A stretch of DNA of 64,000 bases from a virus. Shown piece by piece: positions 60,481 to 64,000 of the stretch. Numbering within the stretch: the first letter of the stretch is position 1; every line of letters starts with the position of its first letter. The notes under the pieces were generated by a model. The model was not told the DNA's origin, made no database searches, and saw nothing but the letters and a program-made list of their open reading frames with translations. The position numbers and the translations under genes were made by a program. Location: IMG/VR virus record IMGVR_UViG_3300029822_000865; one strand, written 5' to 3'.

Positions 60481-61713
60481 TTGAGAGTATACGTATTAAA
60501 TCAAAGAAAAGAACCATTAATGCCTACTACACCAAGTAAGGCAAGAAAATTATTAAAACAAGGTAAGGCAAAAGTAATTAAAAGAGAGCCGTTCACAATT
60601 CAATTATTGACTGCAACAGGTGAAACAAAACAGGATATAACTTTAGGTGTGGACGCAGGAAGTAAAGCAATAGGTTTATCCGTAACTACAGATAAAGATG
60701 AATTATTTTCAGCAGAAGTCGAATTAAGAAACGATATTGTGGATTTACTCTCAACACGCAGACAAAATAGACGGACAAGAAGAAATAGATTAAGATACAG
60801 GAAGCCTAGATTTTTAAATAGAGTAGGCAGTAAAAACAAAGGATGGTTAGCTCCCTCAATTGAAAATAAAATTAACACTCATTTAAAGGTTATAAGTAAA
60901 ATATACGAAATTTTACCTATATCAAAAACAATAGTTGAAGTAGCAAGTTTTGACATACAGAAGATTAAGAATCCTGATATTCAAGGAAAAGAATATCAAC
61001 AAGGCGAACAATTAGATTTTTGGAATGTAAGAGAATATGTTTTATTTAGAGATGGGCATAAATGCCAAGGTAGAAAAGGTTGTAAAAACAAAATACTTAA
61101 TGTACATCATATTGAATCACGTAAAATTGGGGGCGATAGTCCAAATAATTTAATAACATTATGTGAAAATTGTCATGAAGATTATCACGATGGCAGACTA
61201 AAATTAAACTTAAAACGTGGTCAATCATTCAGAGATGCTACATTTATGGGAATTATGAGATGGAGTTTTTATAATAGACTTAAAGAAATATATCCAAATG
61301 TACAAATGACTTATGGATATATAACCAAAAATACTAGGATAGTTAATGGATTACCAAAAGAACATAGAATTGACGCATTGTGCATAAGTGGGAATCTATC
61401 AGTAAAGCAGTCAGAATATTGGTATTATATTAAACAAATAAGAAAACACAACAGACAAATTCATAAGGCCAACATTTTAAAAGGTGGAAAGAAAAAGTTA
61501 AATCAAGCACCATATGAAGTAAAAGGATTTAGATTGTTTGATAAGGTTAAATATAAAGGACAGGAATGTTTTATATTCGGTAGGCGCAGTAGTGGATATT
61601 TTGATTTAAGAAAGTTGGATAAGGTGGTTGTACATCGGTCAGCGAGTTATAAAGACTTAGAATTAATACAAAAAAGCAATAGTTTATTAATAGAAAGGAG
61701 AAGTGCAGGTTAG
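60481..61713 (+). CDS. iscB: IscB RNA-guided endonuclease
   Basis: PLMP motif, RuvC-I 'LGVDAG', Arg-rich bridge helix, RuvC-II 'VEVASFD', HNH 'HHI...GGD.PNNLITLCENCH', RuvC-III 'HRIDA'. Confidence 0.95.
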   Translation: MRVYVLNQRKEPLMPTTPSKARKLLKQGKAKVIKREPFTIQLLTATGETKQDITLGVDAGSKAIGLSVTTDKDELFSAEVELRNDIVDLLSTRRQNRRTRRNRLRYRKPRFLNRVGSKNKGWLAPSIENKINTHLKVISKIYEILPISKTIVEVASFDIQKIKNPDIQGKEYQQGEQLDFWNVREYVLFRDGHKCQGRKGCKNKILNVHHIESRKIGGDSPNNLITLCENCHEDYHDGRLKLNLKRGQSFRDATFMGIMRWSFYNRLKEIYPNVQMTYGYITKNTRIVNGLPKEHRIDALCISGNLSVKQSEYWYYIKQIRKHNRQIHKANILKGGKKKLNQAPYEVKGFRLFDKVKYKGQECFIFGRRSSGYFDLRKLDKVVVHRSASYKDLELIQKSNSLLIERRSAG

Positions 61714-61773
61714 AGTATGTGTAAGGCATTCCTCCGCTAGGCTAAAGCCATAGCGGTTTCCTGCCAAGTTTTT

Positions 61774-62424
61774 ATGAATACAATAGACACTATAAAATCC
61801 AAACTAGAGGTTATTACAGGTGGAGAGCTAGTGTACATAGAGCCAGATACAAAGGACTACAGTATATTTTATGATACTAAACAAAGGTTTTTTATAACTG
61901 ACTTAAATGGAGAGATCCTTTCTTCAATAACTGGCGAAGTCAGGAGTGAAATAATGAGAGAAGAGCCGCATTACAGCCTACTTTTCACAGATGAATTTGA
62001 TGGTGTCCGACTACTTAACATAGGGCTTGATTACCTAAATAGGTCTGTTAAGGATTTTGAATCGCACGGAAGAAAACACATAGCACTACTAGAGGAAGAT
62101 GGTTGGCATTTGAAAAAGAGGGGTAGCGACAAGATTACCTTAGAGGGGTTTCAAGACATTACTAGGCTACTTCATAAAGATGACAAAGTTAGTTTTGGCT
62201 GCACATGTAAAAAGGAAAATTTAAAATGGGTTTATGATGAAAATCTAAATAGAGTATCAAAGGGGTATGCGGCAATGAAACTTTCAATAAAACACTTTAC
62301 TCTTTATTGTTTAGATGCCTTAAATAACACTTGGTATGAAGTTGACGCTATCACGGGGGAAGAACGAGGGAAAATAAGCGGTGAAATACAGGATGTATTT
62401 GTGAGACATGATATCCCTTATTAA
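61774..62424 (+). CDS. family B, copy 4
   Basis: 'KLEVITG.EL', 'DTKDY', 'TDLNGEI', 'LLNIGLDY'. Confidence 0.75.
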   Translation: MNTIDTIKSKLEVITGGELVYIEPDTKDYSIFYDTKQRFFITDLNGEILSSITGEVRSEIMREEPHYSLLFTDEFDGVRLLNIGLDYLNRSVKDFESHGRKHIALLEEDGWHLKKRGSDKITLEGFQDITRLLHKDDKVSFGCTCKKENLKWVYDENLNRVSKGYAAMKLSIKHFTLYCLDALNNTWYEVDAITGEERGKISGEIQDVFVRHDIPY

Positions 62425-62447
62425 TGTTGAAAAAGAGGTAAGTTAAT

Positions 62448-62936
62448 GTGAGAGACATAAACTACTTAGAGCTTGACATAACGAAGAATACTGTATACGA
62501 AATTTCAGTGAACTGGGTAAACGTGGCAAGGTTAAACACTTTGTATGTAAAATCAACACGTTTAGAAGTTTACGATAAGGTGACAATAATTAAAAGCTAC
62601 GATAACTTTGTGCAGATAGCAAAGAAAAAGCACATTTCAATAGACAGAGTAACCCCTGTAAACGATTTTTTATCTTTATATTGGGAACAATATATTGAAG
62701 ATACCTGCACAGCAAACTTAATATTTGACAGTATTGTAATTGTATTTAAGGAGATTGAAAAGAGGGGTTTACGTAAAGGATATATAGGCGACACATATCT
62801 ACAACAAGGGTACAACTTAGTAAGTAAGTATACAAACTTAAAAGGATACGGTAACGCAATAGCAGCAGTAGAGGGGTATCTTGCAGACTTGAAAAGCAAA
62901 GTTAACAGGATTAGTAACGGTTACTACTGGGAGTAG
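62448..62936 (+). CDS. family A, copy 3
   Basis: 'YWEQY', 'IEKRGLRKGY', 'NLKGYG'. Confidence 0.75.
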   Translation: MRDINYLELDITKNTVYEISVNWVNVARLNTLYVKSTRLEVYDKVTIIKSYDNFVQIAKKKHISIDRVTPVNDFLSLYWEQYIEDTCTANLIFDSIVIVFKEIEKRGLRKGYIGDTYLQQGYNLVSKYTNLKGYGNAIAAVEGYLADLKSKVNRISNGYYWE

Positions 62937-62993
62937 CAATACATTAACAATAGGGGCTAAAAAGGGTAGTTAAAAAGAGAGGGGGAAATTTGG

Positions 62994-64000
62994 TTGTTTA
63001 ACAAAAAAGATTATAAGAAATTTAAAAGGAAGTATATTGAGGAAAGATTGAAAGGAAATCTAAACCTATTCACATTCTTCACCCAACAGCAATCAAATTT
63101 CCTCATGGAATACTATGAAAAGTATACTATATATTTATTTAATAAACTCACAGGTTCTCTAAGATTAGGGGTATCAAAACATAAAATAGCTGTGCTTAAT
63201 AAGCTAAAAGGCGAGGGTGACTGGATGTTTGCTGGGATGCGGGATCACGGTAACGAGAGAGTTAGTTGTGAGTTAGGGCATTCATTACGGTATGCGTTTA
63301 AGGCGATTAACAGGAGTAACAGTAATTCGCTTATATTTGGTTCTACATGTGTGGGCGACTTTTTTGACTTGGATGTGGAAGCCATAAAGGCGTTAACAAA
63401 ACTTCAAGATACAATGCAAAAAGAGTTAAAATTGATGGTTACAATTATGGAAACTAAAAGATATCAGGAGTATTACACATATGAGGGTGGGAATTTAGGT
63501 AGGTTTATAAGTGTATTTGGAGCAGATGCTATTTCAGAATTACCTGATTCGAACATTAAGGTGACTGCTCTAAGTTTTTTACGGTTGGGTTTACCTGTAC
63601 CTGTTACTCTAGCTGAACAATATACACTGCCAGAGGATTGCTTGGAATACGTTGGTTTTGGTAAATTTGAAAGAGACTACTTTAACAGCGACAATAACAC
63701 CTCTATATTCTTACATAACCTATACAGCGGTATACATAGGTATCTTTTAAGAAGACTATCTAGTGAGGATGAATACGACTATTTTGATTACGATAAAGAA
63801 AAAGAGGGTATCGGTAACTATAAAATATTACAAGAGAACATAAGTAAACGTAAAGATTTATTGTTTAAATTGGGAAATCTCACAAACCTATGGGCGACCG
63901 AGGGTTTGTCTGTAAACTTTATTGACATGTATGAATTTAGGAAAAAGTTAAAGAATCCGATAAGAAAAGAGGTTGAGGATTGTCTATATTTCCTTTCCAC
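62994..64000 (+). CDS. hypothetical protein with C/H metal-binding motif (3' partial; absent from ORF track)
   Basis: TTG start 8 nt after GGGGG; the frame is open to the window end. Contains 'CELGHSLRY...FGSTC'. Confidence 0.75.
   Translation, partial: MFNKKDYKKFKRKYIEERLKGNLNLFTFFTQQQSNFLMEYYEKYTIYLFNKLTGSLRLGVSKHKIAVLNKLKGEGDWMFAGMRDHGNERVSCELGHSLRYAFKAINRSNSNSLIFGSTCVGDFFDLDVEAIKALTKLQDTMQKELKLMVTIMETKRYQEYYTYEGGNLGRFISVFGADAISELPDSNIKVTALSFLRLGLPVPVTLAEQYTLPEDCLEYVGFGKFERDYFNSDNNTSIFLHNLYSGIHRYLLRRLSSEDEYDYFDYDKEKEGIGNYKILQENISKRKDLLFKLGNLTNLWATEGLSVNFIDMYEFRKKLKNPIRKEVEDCLYFLS

Larger units (their letters stand above)
60249..61773 (+). mobile_element. non-autonomous IS200/IS605-type IscB (OMEGA) element
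   Basis: Left end GTCAATAACCCACGAACCTAAAGGTTCGGGG. Right-end hairpin CCGCTAGGCTAAAGCCATAGCGG. No tnpA. Flanked 3' by ATGAA. Confidence 0.9.

Noticed and set aside
1-64000. All minus-strand ORFs in the track, plus short + strand ORFs nested in other frames (e.g. 29341, 42438)
   Set aside because: They lie within or largely overlap longer, motif-bearing + strand genes, lack RBSs and recognisable motifs, and read as antisense or frame shadows.
1-64000. CRISPR array, tRNA, rRNA, DGR or retron
   Set aside because: No regularly spaced repeats, cloverleafs or reverse-transcriptase motifs were seen. The 53-bp LRR repeat is identical, not adenine-mutated, so it is not a DGR template/variable pair.

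Overview
About 64 kb of an AT-rich large extrachromosomal element (megaplasmid, phage-plasmid or jumbo phage), probably from a Clostridia/Bacillota host. Evidence for the host is GGGG/AGGAG ribosome-binding sites, sigmaA-type promoters and Rho-independent terminators. Every credible gene is on the + strand. No virion structural genes, rRNA, tRNA or CRISPR arrays were seen. From left to right it contains: (1) a tightly coupled operon with a CpaE/ParA-like ATPase, a VirB4-like ATPase, a membrane FtsK/TcpA-like ATPase, a lipoprotein and an SNF2-like helicase (possible divergent conjugation module); (2) a small hydrophobic peptide, a candidate structured RNA and two tandem BspA-type LRR surface proteins; (3) a degenerate DnaC-like protein and a PilZ/YcgR-like c-di-GMP receptor; (4) a self-contained replication/repair set: type IIA topoisomerase B and A, DnaB-like helicase, stand-alone primase Zn-binding domain, RuvC-like nuclease, an NAD+-dependent ligase split into two genes around ART-like and ParB-HNH genes, an N6-adenine methyltransferase, sigma-like proteins and a family A DNA polymerase with a LAGLIDADG intein; (5) a DUF2201/VWA plus MoxR-type AAA+ pair; (6) a large paralog array: about 10 WG/beta-repeat proteins with a shared N-terminal 'L(E/S)xxxG' cap, interleaved with three copies of a second unknown family and interrupted by a non-autonomous IscB-omegaRNA element. 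All functional calls come from motif recognition by eye; no database searches were run.
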